The notes beneath the pieces were generated by a model. That model was given only the letters and a program-made list of their open reading frames with translations. It was not told the DNA's origin and made no database searches. A stretch of 64,000 nt of DNA. Origin: Verrucomicrobiales bacterium (GTDB lineage: Bacteria; Verrucomicrobiota; Verrucomicrobiia; Verrucomicrobiales; V1-33). Of this stretch, positions 19,850 through 28,887 are shown piece by piece. The number at the start of each line of letters is the position of its first letter. The first letter of the stretch is position 1. The position numbers were made by a program, and so were the translations under genes. Where the stretch lies: positions 1-64,000 of the forward strand of contig JANOAV010000051.1 in the NCBI GenBank assembly GCA_031411295.1, written 5' to 3'.

Positions 19850-20734
19850 TTATTTCGCTTGGCGTTGCATGGCGCGGACGATCGCCTGGCCCATATCAGA
19901 AGGACTGGAAGCAATTTCGATGCCAGCCTCACGGAGCGCAGCTTGTTTGGCTTGGGCGGTGCCCTTGCCGCCGGAAATGATGGCACCCGCATGTCCCATG
20001 CGACGGCCCGGAGGTGCCGTCGCACCAGCGATGAAGCCAGCGATGGGTTTCTTGCAGTTATCCTTGAGCCACGCGGCCGCTTCCTCTTCCTCGCTACCAC
20101 CGATTTCACCGATCATAATGAAGGCTTCGGTGTCAGGATCATTGGCGAAGAGTTTCACCGCATCCAGTTGCGTCATGCCATGGATGGGGTCACCTCCGAT
20201 TCCGATGCAAGTGCTCTGACCCATGCCCAAGCTGGTGATTTGCCAGACGGCTTCATACGTCAGGGTGCCGGAGCGACTAACCACACCGATCTTGCCCGGC
20301 TTGTGAATGTAACCTGGCATGATACCGATCTTGCATTGATCTGGCGTGATGATCCCCGGGCAGTTCGGCCCGATGAGCGTGCTTTGGGAATCCTGCAGTG
20401 CCACTTTCACCCGCATCATGTCCATGACAGGAATGCCTTCGGTAATACAAACGATGAGTTCGATGCCAGCATCGGCAGCTTCAATAATGCCGTCAGCGGC
20501 AAATGGAGGGGGCACGAAAATCATCGTCGCGTTGCAACCCGTGGCTGCGCGGGCTTCGGACACCGTATCAAAAATGGGCACTTTCTCTTCAAATTTCTGC
20601 CCCCCCTTGCCTGGAGTCACCCCAGCGACAACGTTGGTGCCATATTCCATGCAGGATTTCGCGTGAAAGGCACCGGAGGCACCAGTGATACCTTGAACGA
20701 GGAGACGAGTATTTTTATCGACCAAAACGGACAT
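19850..20734 (-). CDS. sucD: Succinyl-CoA ligase alpha subunit
   Basis: [38 protein letters not shown] phospho-His. Confidence 0.97.
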   Translation of the reverse strand: MSVLVDKNTRLLVQGITGASGAFHAKSCMEYGTNVVAGVTPGKGGQKFEEKVPIFDTVSEARAATGCNATMIFVPPPFAADGIIEAADAGIELIVCITEGIPVMDMMRVKVALQDSQSTLIGPNCPGIITPDQCKIGIMPGYIHKPGKIGVVSRSGTLTYEAVWQITSLGMGQSTCIGIGGDPIHGMTQLDAVKLFANDPDTEAFIMIGEIGGSEEEEAAAWLKDNCKKPIAGFIAGATAPPGRRMGHAGAIISGGKGTAQAKQAALREAGIEIASSPSDMGQAIVRAMQRQAK

Positions 20735-20955
20735 GAGAGTGTGAGAGGGGAAAATTGTGGAAAGGAATTGTGCGGAGACTAGAGGGGACTCTGGGGAGTT
20801 CAAGTAGGATTCACAGGGAAACACAAAAGGGCGTGAAAAATATGCGCGACGAAATCGAAACCCACACTGCGTCCGTGCTAGGGCGACTCCGGAGCCCCCT
20901 CAGAGTCTATGATAACCAAGGCGACAGACGGAGCAGCAGACCCGTCGTCGCCTGC

Positions 20956-21969
20956 TCACACCCCGCCCAGCTCTCCTTCTGCAGCCCACAGTGCCAAACT
21001 CTCCGCCGGAGATAAACCGGGCTCAGGAGTGACTGATTTTCTCGCCTTGGGAGCCGAGACCGCAGATGGTCGGGTGGTCTTGGGCTGGGAGAACACCGGC
21101 CTTGGTGCCAGAGGGTGGGGTAAGATTTCGATCACGCCTTGGAGCTTAGCCCCGGGTTCCATCAGGGCCGATTTTGCCGCAACTGCTCCGTCCCAGGAAG
21201 CTTTGCGATTGAGAAAAAGCCGATCCGTCAGATGGATTCGACCGAGGCCTTGACCATAAATTTCAGCTGTCTCACAATGGATGGGTTGCAGGAAATGAAC
21301 CTCGCATTTTTTTTCAAGGGCGAGATGCTGACACCGCACCTCTCCCAGGACCTTGCCGGAAGCACGGAAGGTCACTTGACCAGAAGCATAAATACTGCCT
21401 GCCACTTGACCTTCCACCGTGAGATTACCGCAGGTGATACTGGTTCCCAGCAGGGCTCCTTTTTTCTCCACCAGCACATCCCCGCGCGTGCGAATTTTTT
21501 GCGTTGTGCGGTCCTTGATGACAACATCGCGCAAATCGATGTAGCTACCGCAGTTAGGGCACAGACTGGAAGTGGAATGTTCTGAGACCCGGTGGTGATG
21601 CTGACATTCGAAACAGACCACGGGACGGAAGCGTCTTTCCTCTTGAGATGCGCGAGCGGCGCTAGGCTGGGACTGCGCCACTAGATCCGCTTCCTCGCTA
21701 AAACCCAGGACCTGCAACGGCATGGACGGAGGACGGGAGGAGGTTTTTGGTGGCGGGCTGGCAGACTTTGCCCCCATCATCCGGGAAAGGAATCCACCGC
21801 CAGACTTTTCAGGGGGCTCGATCCGAAAATATTGCGCACATTTGCGGCAATACGTGGAAAACCCGCTTGTGGGCTCCATTTGCTGGAACCCACAATGCGG
21901 GCAAGAAACAAGGTGTTTGTGAGGGGTGATAGGCGAGTTCGGTCTTAAGGTTGAGAAGTCGACAACCAT
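20956..21969 (-). CDS. Zinc-ribbon bactofilin (polymer-forming cytoskeletal protein)
   Basis: CPHC/CRKC and CFEC/CPNC pairs followed by beta-helical repeats (LTVEGQVAGSIYASGQVTF...GAKLQG). Confidence 0.8.
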   Translation of the reverse strand: MVVDFSTLRPNSPITPHKHLVSCPHCGFQQMEPTSGFSTYCRKCAQYFRIEPPEKSGGGFLSRMMGAKSASPPPKTSSRPPSMPLQVLGFSEEADLVAQSQPSAARASQEERRFRPVVCFECQHHHRVSEHSTSSLCPNCGSYIDLRDVVIKDRTTQKIRTRGDVLVEKKGALLGTSITCGNLTVEGQVAGSIYASGQVTFRASGKVLGEVRCQHLALEKKCEVHFLQPIHCETAEIYGQGLGRIHLTDRLFLNRKASWDGAVAAKSALMEPGAKLQGVIEILPHPLAPRPVFSQPKTTRPSAVSAPKARKSVTPEPGLSPAESLALWAAEGELGGV

Positions 21970-21999
21970 GAGGACGATGAGTCAAGCCCATCCCGCGCA

Positions 22000-22491
22000 T
22001 TAACCTTTGCGAGCGGCGGTAGCGGCGGCTCCCACGGAACTCTTACCCATGAAGGTCGCACCTTCTTCGATGGAGAGAGTGCCAGCGACGATGTCCCCTT
22101 CGAGCACAGCGTTGGATTTCAGTTCACAGCGCTCAGTGACGCTGATGTTGCCTTGGACGCGTCCAAAGATCACCACGGACTTCGTGCGGATTTCGCCAAC
22201 CACGAAAGCGTTTTCTCCCACGGTCAGGGCGCCATCGGAGGTAACTTCTCCTTCGATTTTACCATCAATGATGAGGTCATTGGAGAATTTGAGGCTGCCT
22301 TTGATTTCGACGTCGCTGCTCAGGATGTTTTTGTTGGGGCTCATTAGGGAACTTTTGACTGGGGTTGAAGGGGATCTTTCGGGTTTGTAATAGGACTCTA
22401 CAGCGGGTGCACTGTAGGCGGGCTCGACCGGAGCCACAGTGACTGCAGGCTCTGGTTGTTGTGTTTTCTGACCAATAATTTGCTTAAGCAC
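22000..22491 (-). CDS. Bactofilin
   Basis: ILSSDVEIKGSLKF...IDGKIEGEV...GRVQGNI...LSIEEGATFMG. Confidence 0.93.
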   Translation of the reverse strand: MLKQIIGQKTQQPEPAVTVAPVEPAYSAPAVESYYKPERSPSTPVKSSLMSPNKNILSSDVEIKGSLKFSNDLIIDGKIEGEVTSDGALTVGENAFVVGEIRTKSVVIFGRVQGNISVTERCELKSNAVLEGDIVAGTLSIEEGATFMGKSSVGAAATAARKG

Positions 22492-22775
22492 GGCTAGAGA
22501 TTTTCAAGTAGATGATAAATAACTGGAGAATGAGAAAATTGCACTTCCAAAAAGACTAACCCACGAGCAAGGCCTACGGGCCGGAATTCCTTTCTTGGCG
22601 CATGTAAAATTCTACGGACATTAAATAAATTGGCAATGAGTTTTTTGGCCTTTTGAGGAATTTGACGCAAAATCTCGCATTCAGCAAATTCCACCTGGCT
22701 GGCGAGGGAACTGAAAGATTCTGCGAGCCCGGCTTGCGTGTTGCCACGAAACTGGTTAAAAAGGGCCACTGAATT

Positions 22776-25070
22776 ATGCATCGCCTGCCCCATTTCCTAA
22801 TCATTTCACTTCTGAGTCTCGCTTCCGCCATTGCTGAACCGACCGCAGATGCGCCTGCGGCCGACCCTGCTGCTGATGCCTACGCAGCTCAGGACGCGGA
22901 GATTAAACGCTGGTTCCCTCGCACTCACGCGAAGCTCCTGCGACGCAGTGAGCCCGTGCGCGTCCTCGTCTTGGGGGATCGCGTCGCGAGCTTCACTCAA
23001 CCCAGCCCTGCTGAGTCCTCCAATATTGAATTATCCTGGCACTGGCGGCTCCTGGAGCACTTGGCGGGGCGCTATTACTTTACCGGTGGCGTGCGCCTGG
23101 CCGAAGCTGGCAAGAGCAAGCGCAAGTCAGTAACCGAAGCGGCTCAGGTATTACTGCAGGATAATTCAGAGGATGGGCCACAGGAGGCAGAGCCCCTCAA
23201 CTTCGATACTGCCGGGGCCCCGATTTTGGTGGAGAACGACACCCGCAACTCCGTCACTGCAAGTGAAGCCATCACGGCACTCACCACCGATGCCTTGGAT
23301 CATGATCCCGATCTGGTGATCCTCAACTATGGCGGCACGGACCTCGCGCAAGGAGTCAGCCCGCTGTCCTATGGCGAAGCCCTGGGCTCCGCAGTGAAAT
23401 TTTGCCAGAACCGGAAAATTGACGTTCTCGTGGCTGGTCCCACCTTGACGATGGGAGACGTGGAGCTACGCTCTTTAGGAGCAACGCGGCCTTATGCCAG
23501 CGTGGCTGAAGAGGTTGCCGCTGCCGCCAAAGTTTGTTTCCTCGACTTGGGCGCCCTGCAATTGTTGCGTGAAGTCGATCCCAAGGCTCCTCGCAGCACT
23601 CAGGGCTATGACCTGGTGGTGCGCGAGTTGCGTCGTCAATATATCCACCCTCGGGTCAAAGATTTTGCAACCCCCAACGCGGACGCCCACCGCATCATGG
23701 CTGAGGCTGCCTGGAATCAACTTAGCCAGTCCCCCACCCCGGATCCCATTGCGGTCCAGGCCAGCCTGACCCTGCCGGCGCAGGAAGCAGCTCCCGCCAT
23801 CCTCCAACTTGCATTTAAGACAACTAGCGGGAGTCAGGCAGAAATCCAGGAAATCGCCATCGGCGCACTGGGACTTGACCGCATTTGGACCCCTAAAACC
23901 ACCCTGACAGAAGTCGAGAAAACTGCCCAACAAAGTCCGGCGTCTGCCGCTAGTAACGTCGTGAATGGGTGGAACCTTACTATTCCCTGCGCTTTCGCTC
24001 CGGTGCTGGGTGTCAAAATGATGTCCCGGCCAGATTTGGCCATCGGTGAGGAATCCTTTGCCCGCAGCAGCCTCATCATCAGCGAAGGCAGCACGGCCCG
24101 CCTCATCAATTTCCGTGCCCCCATCGTCCCGATCCAAGCCACCTTTCCGCGCGGACGTATCGAGGGCCTAACCAACGAAATCCCGCTGAAGGTTACGATT
24201 CACAACTCCAGTAACGAAGCCTTTACTGGGCAAGCTGAGGTCGTTTGGCGCGGGCACTCCGAGCTATTTCCCGTCACCTTTCCCGCTGGAAAACCAGTGC
24301 CAGTCACCCTGAAATTACCGCTCCCGCCCGAGGTCAAAACCGTTTTTAAAAGCCAAGTCACTCTGCGCCTCAAACAGGGGAATAAACATTACGACTTCGC
24401 CAAGGAGTTGGAAGTAGCGCCAGATCTCTCCTTGAACCAACGCGCGGCCCTCGTCAATCGCGCCACCCACATAGCCGATGCGCCCCCGCCTAAAACCGAT
24501 GGTCTCAGCGTGAATCTTAATTGCAAAGCCGACTCCAGTGGCATCTACTTCATCTTCGATCTGCCCACCGTGGACCAAAATCGCAAACGCAATCAACCCT
24601 CGGCCAAAATCGAGGTCACCATTGATGCCCGCAAGCCAGGCGAGCGCGGCGGCATCGGATGGTGCGAGCATATCTCCCTCGAAGTTCCGTGGGTGGACGG
24701 TCGTTTCTCCGTGGAGAAAGTCCCCTTTGGGGTCTTCGGACCGGGCTATGATCGCGTGCTGGATCCTAGCCTGTTCATAGCCACCGTAAGCACCCAGCGC
24801 GATGACCGCCGCCAGGTGCGCCTCAGCATTCCGCGGGCCTATTTTTACCTCCATGAATGGGATTTGCAAGGCAGTAAACCAAGCACCCTGGGCTTCAACG
24901 CCCAAGTGCAACTACTGCAGTTCCCGGATGACAATGCCCCTGGAGTCTTCTCTCTGGAACAAAGCTTCAGCCTCGTCTCACCGGGACTTCCACGCAACGA
25001 CGCACAGGCTCTGGGTGTGCTTAATCTGGCCACCCCGGCTACCCCTAACTGGTCCGCCCGCATTTACTAA
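22776..25070 (+). CDS. Large exported protein with SGNH/GDSL-like domain and C-terminal beta domains
   Basis: Signal peptide; VRVLVLGDRV, PDLVILNYGGTD, PNADAHRIMAEA. Confidence 0.7.
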   Translation: MHRLPHFLIISLLSLASAIAEPTADAPAADPAADAYAAQDAEIKRWFPRTHAKLLRRSEPVRVLVLGDRVASFTQPSPAESSNIELSWHWRLLEHLAGRYYFTGGVRLAEAGKSKRKSVTEAAQVLLQDNSEDGPQEAEPLNFDTAGAPILVENDTRNSVTASEAITALTTDALDHDPDLVILNYGGTDLAQGVSPLSYGEALGSAVKFCQNRKIDVLVAGPTLTMGDVELRSLGATRPYASVAEEVAAAAKVCFLDLGALQLLREVDPKAPRSTQGYDLVVRELRRQYIHPRVKDFATPNADAHRIMAEAAWNQLSQSPTPDPIAVQASLTLPAQEAAPAILQLAFKTTSGSQAEIQEIAIGALGLDRIWTPKTTLTEVEKTAQQSPASAASNVVNGWNLTIPCAFAPVLGVKMMSRPDLAIGEESFARSSLIISEGSTARLINFRAPIVPIQATFPRGRIEGLTNEIPLKVTIHNSSNEAFTGQAEVVWRGHSELFPVTFPAGKPVPVTLKLPLPPEVKTVFKSQVTLRLKQGNKHYDFAKELEVAPDLSLNQRAALVNRATHIADAPPPKTDGLSVNLNCKADSSGIYFIFDLPTVDQNRKRNQPSAKIEVTIDARKPGERGGIGWCEHISLEVPWVDGRFSVEKVPFGVFGPGYDRVLDPSLFIATVSTQRDDRRQVRLSIPRAYFYLHEWDLQGSKPSTLGFNAQVQLLQFPDDNAPGVFSLEQSFSLVSPGLPRNDAQALGVLNLATPATPNWSARIY

Positions 25071-25090
25071 CCACCTTACCACTGCCACTG

Positions 25091-26395
25091 ATGCGCCCAT
25101 CCCGCCGCTGCCTTGCTCTGCTCTGGGGCTGGTTTCTCCTCGGAATCGCGACCGCCCTCTGGTCTCCGCTCATGGTGGGATGGCTCATCGCCACCGTTAT
25201 TTTTGGCTGTGCGCTAATCATCGATGCCTTATGGCTGTGGGGGAAATCTGCTGTCTCCCTCACGCGCAACCTCCCCACCCGCCTGGCTTTGGGCGTGAAG
25301 CAGGAAGTGGAAATCACCCTGCACAATGGCCATCCGCAATCCTTGGAAGTGGAATTTTTCGATGGGCTTCCTCCCACCCTAACTTCCACCCAACTTCCCT
25401 GGCACGGCCGACTCCCCGCTCGCGGGCACGCCACGCTGCATTACGAAATCACCCCGTTGGAGCGCGGCACCCATCAGTTCTCCCCCGCCCATTTGCTGCG
25501 CAGATCCTTGTTGGGCCTGTGGCAGCGAGCCCTGCGCCTTGGCTCCGCTGAAGAAATCAAAGTTTATCCCAACTTCGAACCCATCATTCGCTTCAACCTC
25601 CTGGCCATGACTAACCGGATCGATCAGATGGGGATTATTTCTCTGAATCGACCCGGTGTGAGCAAGGAATTCCATCAATTGCGCGACTACCAGGAGGGTG
25701 ATGCCCTTTCCCAGATCGACTGGAAAGCCACGAGTCGTCGCGCCAGTCTGATCTCCCGCGAATACCGCCAGCAGCGGGATCAGACGATCATCTTTGCCGT
25801 GGACTGCGGACGACGCATGCGGGTCATGGATGGCGATCTCCCCCAGTTTGATCATTGTTTAAATGCTATCCTCCTCCTGGCGCAGATGGCGATGCGCCAA
25901 GGCGACTCCGTGGGCGTGCTCGGCTTCGGCGGTGGCGGTCGCTGGCTCCCACCAGTCAAGGGATCCCACATGATGCCCACGCTACTCAACCATCTCTACG
26001 ACTACCAGACCAGCGGGGAACCTTCCGACTTCAGTGAGGCCGTGGAGCGCCTCTTGGTGCAGCAAAAACGTCGCGCCCTCGTCGTATTCCTGACCAATCT
26101 GCGCAGCGAAGACACGGATCATATCATCGCCCCGTTGGCTCAGTTGCGGAAGAAACATTTGGTCATGCTGGCCACGCTCAAAGAGCAAACCTTGGAACAC
26201 GTCCTAACAGACCCCATCCAAACGCTCCCCCAAGCCCTCCGCTATGGTGCCACCCACGTCTATCTCGACGAAAGAGCCACTCTCCTGGCGCACCTTCAAG
26301 CCCAGCGCATCCACGTCATTGACGCCACCACCAAGGAACTGCCCATCGAGTTAGTGAACCGTTACCTGGAGATCAAAAAAGAAGGCCAGTTGTAG
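25091..26395 (+). CDS. DUF58 domain protein (vWA-like)
   Basis: EFHQLRDYQEGD, IDWKATSRR, VDCGRRM, RRALVVFLTNL. Confidence 0.92.
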   Translation: MRPSRRCLALLWGWFLLGIATALWSPLMVGWLIATVIFGCALIIDALWLWGKSAVSLTRNLPTRLALGVKQEVEITLHNGHPQSLEVEFFDGLPPTLTSTQLPWHGRLPARGHATLHYEITPLERGTHQFSPAHLLRRSLLGLWQRALRLGSAEEIKVYPNFEPIIRFNLLAMTNRIDQMGIISLNRPGVSKEFHQLRDYQEGDALSQIDWKATSRRASLISREYRQQRDQTIIFAVDCGRRMRVMDGDLPQFDHCLNAILLLAQMAMRQGDSVGVLGFGGGGRWLPPVKGSHMMPTLLNHLYDYQTSGEPSDFSEAVERLLVQQKRRALVVFLTNLRSEDTDHIIAPLAQLRKKHLVMLATLKEQTLEHVLTDPIQTLPQALRYGATHVYLDERATLLAHLQAQRIHVIDATTKELPIELVNRYLEIKKEGQL

Positions 26396-26403
26396 TCTCC
26401 GCA

Positions 26404-27033
26404 TTAAGCCAGGCCCAAGTGCCTTAACACCTCCGGCGGCGGTCCCAGAAAGGTCGGCGTGGGGACATTTCCTTTGTAGCCCAAGTCCTGGAAGCCCGCG
26501 CCTGACGTATAAAATCCGGTCAGGCAAAGATCGATGAATTTTTGCAGAAACACCGCCCCCACTTCATGCTCCGCCTTGACCGCAGCCGGATTTGCCATCG
26601 TGTCCAGGAGTCCAGTGCGCTGGCTTTCCGTGAGGTCGGTAAAACGCTGGGCATGCGTCTTGAAAGCATACGTGTTCAGCCAGCCCAGCCCCGGTCGAAT
26701 GATGTCCAAGTCTGCCCGCTGCAGCTCATACGGAGCACTCAACCATTGATTTATGAACCTCGGCACGCCAACCTTGCTGGCGGCGGGGGAAACTTCGTCA
26801 GCTGGCAGCACGATATCGGCTAACACGGCCATGAGCGCCAACTCGGGTGCCGTTAGCACGAGCGGCCACGGAGCCTTGATGGGAGAATTCAAATCCGGAT
26901 CGGTGCTGGTTCCCCGGGCCTTGGCGATGGCTGGATCTGACGCGACTACCTTGTCTTCGCTGCGAGCCGCCAGCGTCGAGGCCCCGGCAGCCCCGGTGGC
27001 GAGGAATTTCAGAGCGGTGCGACGATTCTGCAT
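26404..27033 (-). CDS. Gluconate 2-dehydrogenase subunit 3 family, Tat-exported
   Basis: NRRTALK; LADIVLPAD...SPAASKVGVPRFI; GFYTS...DLGYKGN. Confidence 0.85.
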   Translation of the reverse strand: MQNRRTALKFLATGAAGASTLAARSEDKVVASDPAIAKARGTSTDPDLNSPIKAPWPLVLTAPELALMAVLADIVLPADEVSPAASKVGVPRFINQWLSAPYELQRADLDIIRPGLGWLNTYAFKTHAQRFTDLTESQRTGLLDTMANPAAVKAEHEVGAVFLQKFIDLCLTGFYTSGAGFQDLGYKGNVPTPTFLGPPPEVLRHLGLA

Positions 27034-27048
27034 GGCTGGGATGGCGGG

Positions 27049-27951
27049 TTAGTCTTGGATCAAATCGGCCTCCGGGCGGAAATCCGCCGCGTGATAACTG
27101 CTGCGCACCAACGGCCCTGAGGCCACGTGCTTGAAGCCTTTGCGCTCGGCAATCTCCTTCAGCCAGTCGAATTTATCCGGCGTAATGTATTCCACCACGG
27201 GCAGATGTTTCGCGCTGGGCCGCAAATATTGCCCCATCGTTAGGACAGTCACCCCATGCTCCCGCAGATCGTCCAGCGCTTGGAAGATTTCCGGCTCGGT
27301 TTCCCCCAACCCCAGCATAATCCCACTCTTGGTCGCGACCCGCCCGGGTGACATCTCCGCCGCGCGCTTCAGCACGTGCAAACTGCGATGATACACCGCC
27401 CGACTGCGGACCAGCGGGGTCAACCGTTCCACTGTTTCCAAGTTGTGATTGAAAATATGCGGCCGCGCATTCATGACGATTTGCAGCGCGTCATCCTTGC
27501 CGTTGAAGTCTGGGACCAGAATTTCGATGGTGATGCCGGGATTCTCCAGCCGCACCGCTTCAATCGTCTCCGCGAAATGCTGCGCCCCTCCGTCCGCCAA
27601 ATCATCCCGCGCCACCGCCGTAATCACGACGTGGTTTAGTTTCATCCGCTTGGTGGCCGTGGCCACCCGTTGCGGTTCGTCCGCCTCCAGCGCAAAAGGC
27701 TTGGCGGTCTTGACCGCGCAGAACCCACAGGCCCGCGTGCAGCGATCCCCCGCAATCATAAAGGTAGCGGTCCCCTGACTCCAGCACTCCCAGCGATTCG
27801 GACATTGCGCCTCCTCACACACCGTGTGCAGCTTCAGGTCAGCCACAAGGGACTTCGTGCTCCAGAAGACAGGGTTGCTGGGCAGGCGGACTTTGATCCA
27901 CGGGGGTTTCTTGTCCTGATGCAGGGCGGGGTCTATCTTCGGCAGGGCCAT
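27049..27951 (-). CDS. lipA: Lipoyl synthase
   Basis: CEEAQCPNRWEC, CTRACGFC, HNLETV, VRSSYHA. Confidence 0.98.
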   Translation of the reverse strand: MALPKIDPALHQDKKPPWIKVRLPSNPVFWSTKSLVADLKLHTVCEEAQCPNRWECWSQGTATFMIAGDRCTRACGFCAVKTAKPFALEADEPQRVATATKRMKLNHVVITAVARDDLADGGAQHFAETIEAVRLENPGITIEILVPDFNGKDDALQIVMNARPHIFNHNLETVERLTPLVRSRAVYHRSLHVLKRAAEMSPGRVATKSGIMLGLGETEPEIFQALDDLREHGVTVLTMGQYLRPSAKHLPVVEYITPDKFDWLKEIAERKGFKHVASGPLVRSSYHAADFRPEADLIQD

Positions 27952-27987
27952 GACGTTGGTTGGTTGGCTGAAATTTCCCGGGCAAAC

Positions 27988-28530
27988 TTAAATCATCCCG
28001 AGCTGCATTTTCCCTGCTTCGGAAATCATATCCTGATGCCAGACGGGATCCCAAACGATTTCCACCCTGGCGTCTTCCACTCCATTGAGGACCATGATTT
28101 TGCTCTGCGCATCCGCCGCAATCGTCGGACCCATGCCACAACCGGGAGCTGTTAGGGTCATCTTCACATTGACGATGGAGTTGTCGCCAGCGGGTTCAAT
28201 CGCGCAATCATACACCAAGCCCAGATCGACAATGTTGACGGGGATTTCCGGATCGAAGACCTGCTTCAATTGGCTCCAAATAGCGGCCTCCAGCGCTTCA
28301 CCGGCCAGCTTCTCGCCCGTCTGCTCGGGCCGACTGGCGGCTTTGTCCATGCCCAAGGCATCCGCATTCTTGGCAGAAATGCGGGCCAAACCTTGATCGG
28401 TTGCTACCGTGTAGCTTCCGCCCAGGCTCTGGGTGATGATGACTTTGGTGCCCACTGGGAGCACCACGGTGTCTCCACTGGGAATCTGGATGGCTTCTAC
28501 TTCGCGACTGAGGATAATATCGTTGTTCAT
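27988..28530 (-). CDS. sufT: Fe-S cluster assembly protein SufT (DUF59)
   Basis: ITQSLGGSYTV, DPEIPVNIVDLGLVY, MTLTAPGCGMG. Confidence 0.92.
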   Translation of the reverse strand: MNNDIILSREVEAIQIPSGDTVVLPVGTKVIITQSLGGSYTVATDQGLARISAKNADALGMDKAASRPEQTGEKLAGEALEAAIWSQLKQVFDPEIPVNIVDLGLVYDCAIEPAGDNSIVNVKMTLTAPGCGMGPTIAADAQSKIMVLNGVEDARVEIVWDPVWHQDMISEAGKMQLGMI

Positions 28531-28887
28531 GAACCGAAAGATGGCGGGGATGGGAGCCGTGGCAAATGGGAATTCGTCTTACCGCCTTTTGGTTCACCTC
28601 GCACGCTCAGGGCAAGCCAACTCCGCGGTCGTAAAGTGACCATCTCAGAATCGTGGCCATCGCAATTTGTTGGTTCATGCGGTCTCTTTCCTATAAATGT
28701 TTAATGGAGGATCTTCCCCACTGCCAGGCCTGTCGCGCTGCTGACCGCAACGGTTTTTGATCCATGCGTCTTTACGGTCCCAAGATACTTCAGATTGCGC
28801 TTCCTGAAAGGCGGCACATTTACTACGACATCCTTTTGGCCCCGCCTGCCTCTCGTTGACTTATCCAGCCAGTCCAAGATCCCATTC

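Noticed and set aside
18671..20734. sucD + citrate synthase as a split ATP-citrate lyase
   Set aside because: Both are full-length canonical proteins with separate ORFs
19859..20782. 307-aa plus-strand ORF
   Set aside because: Antisense shadow of sucD
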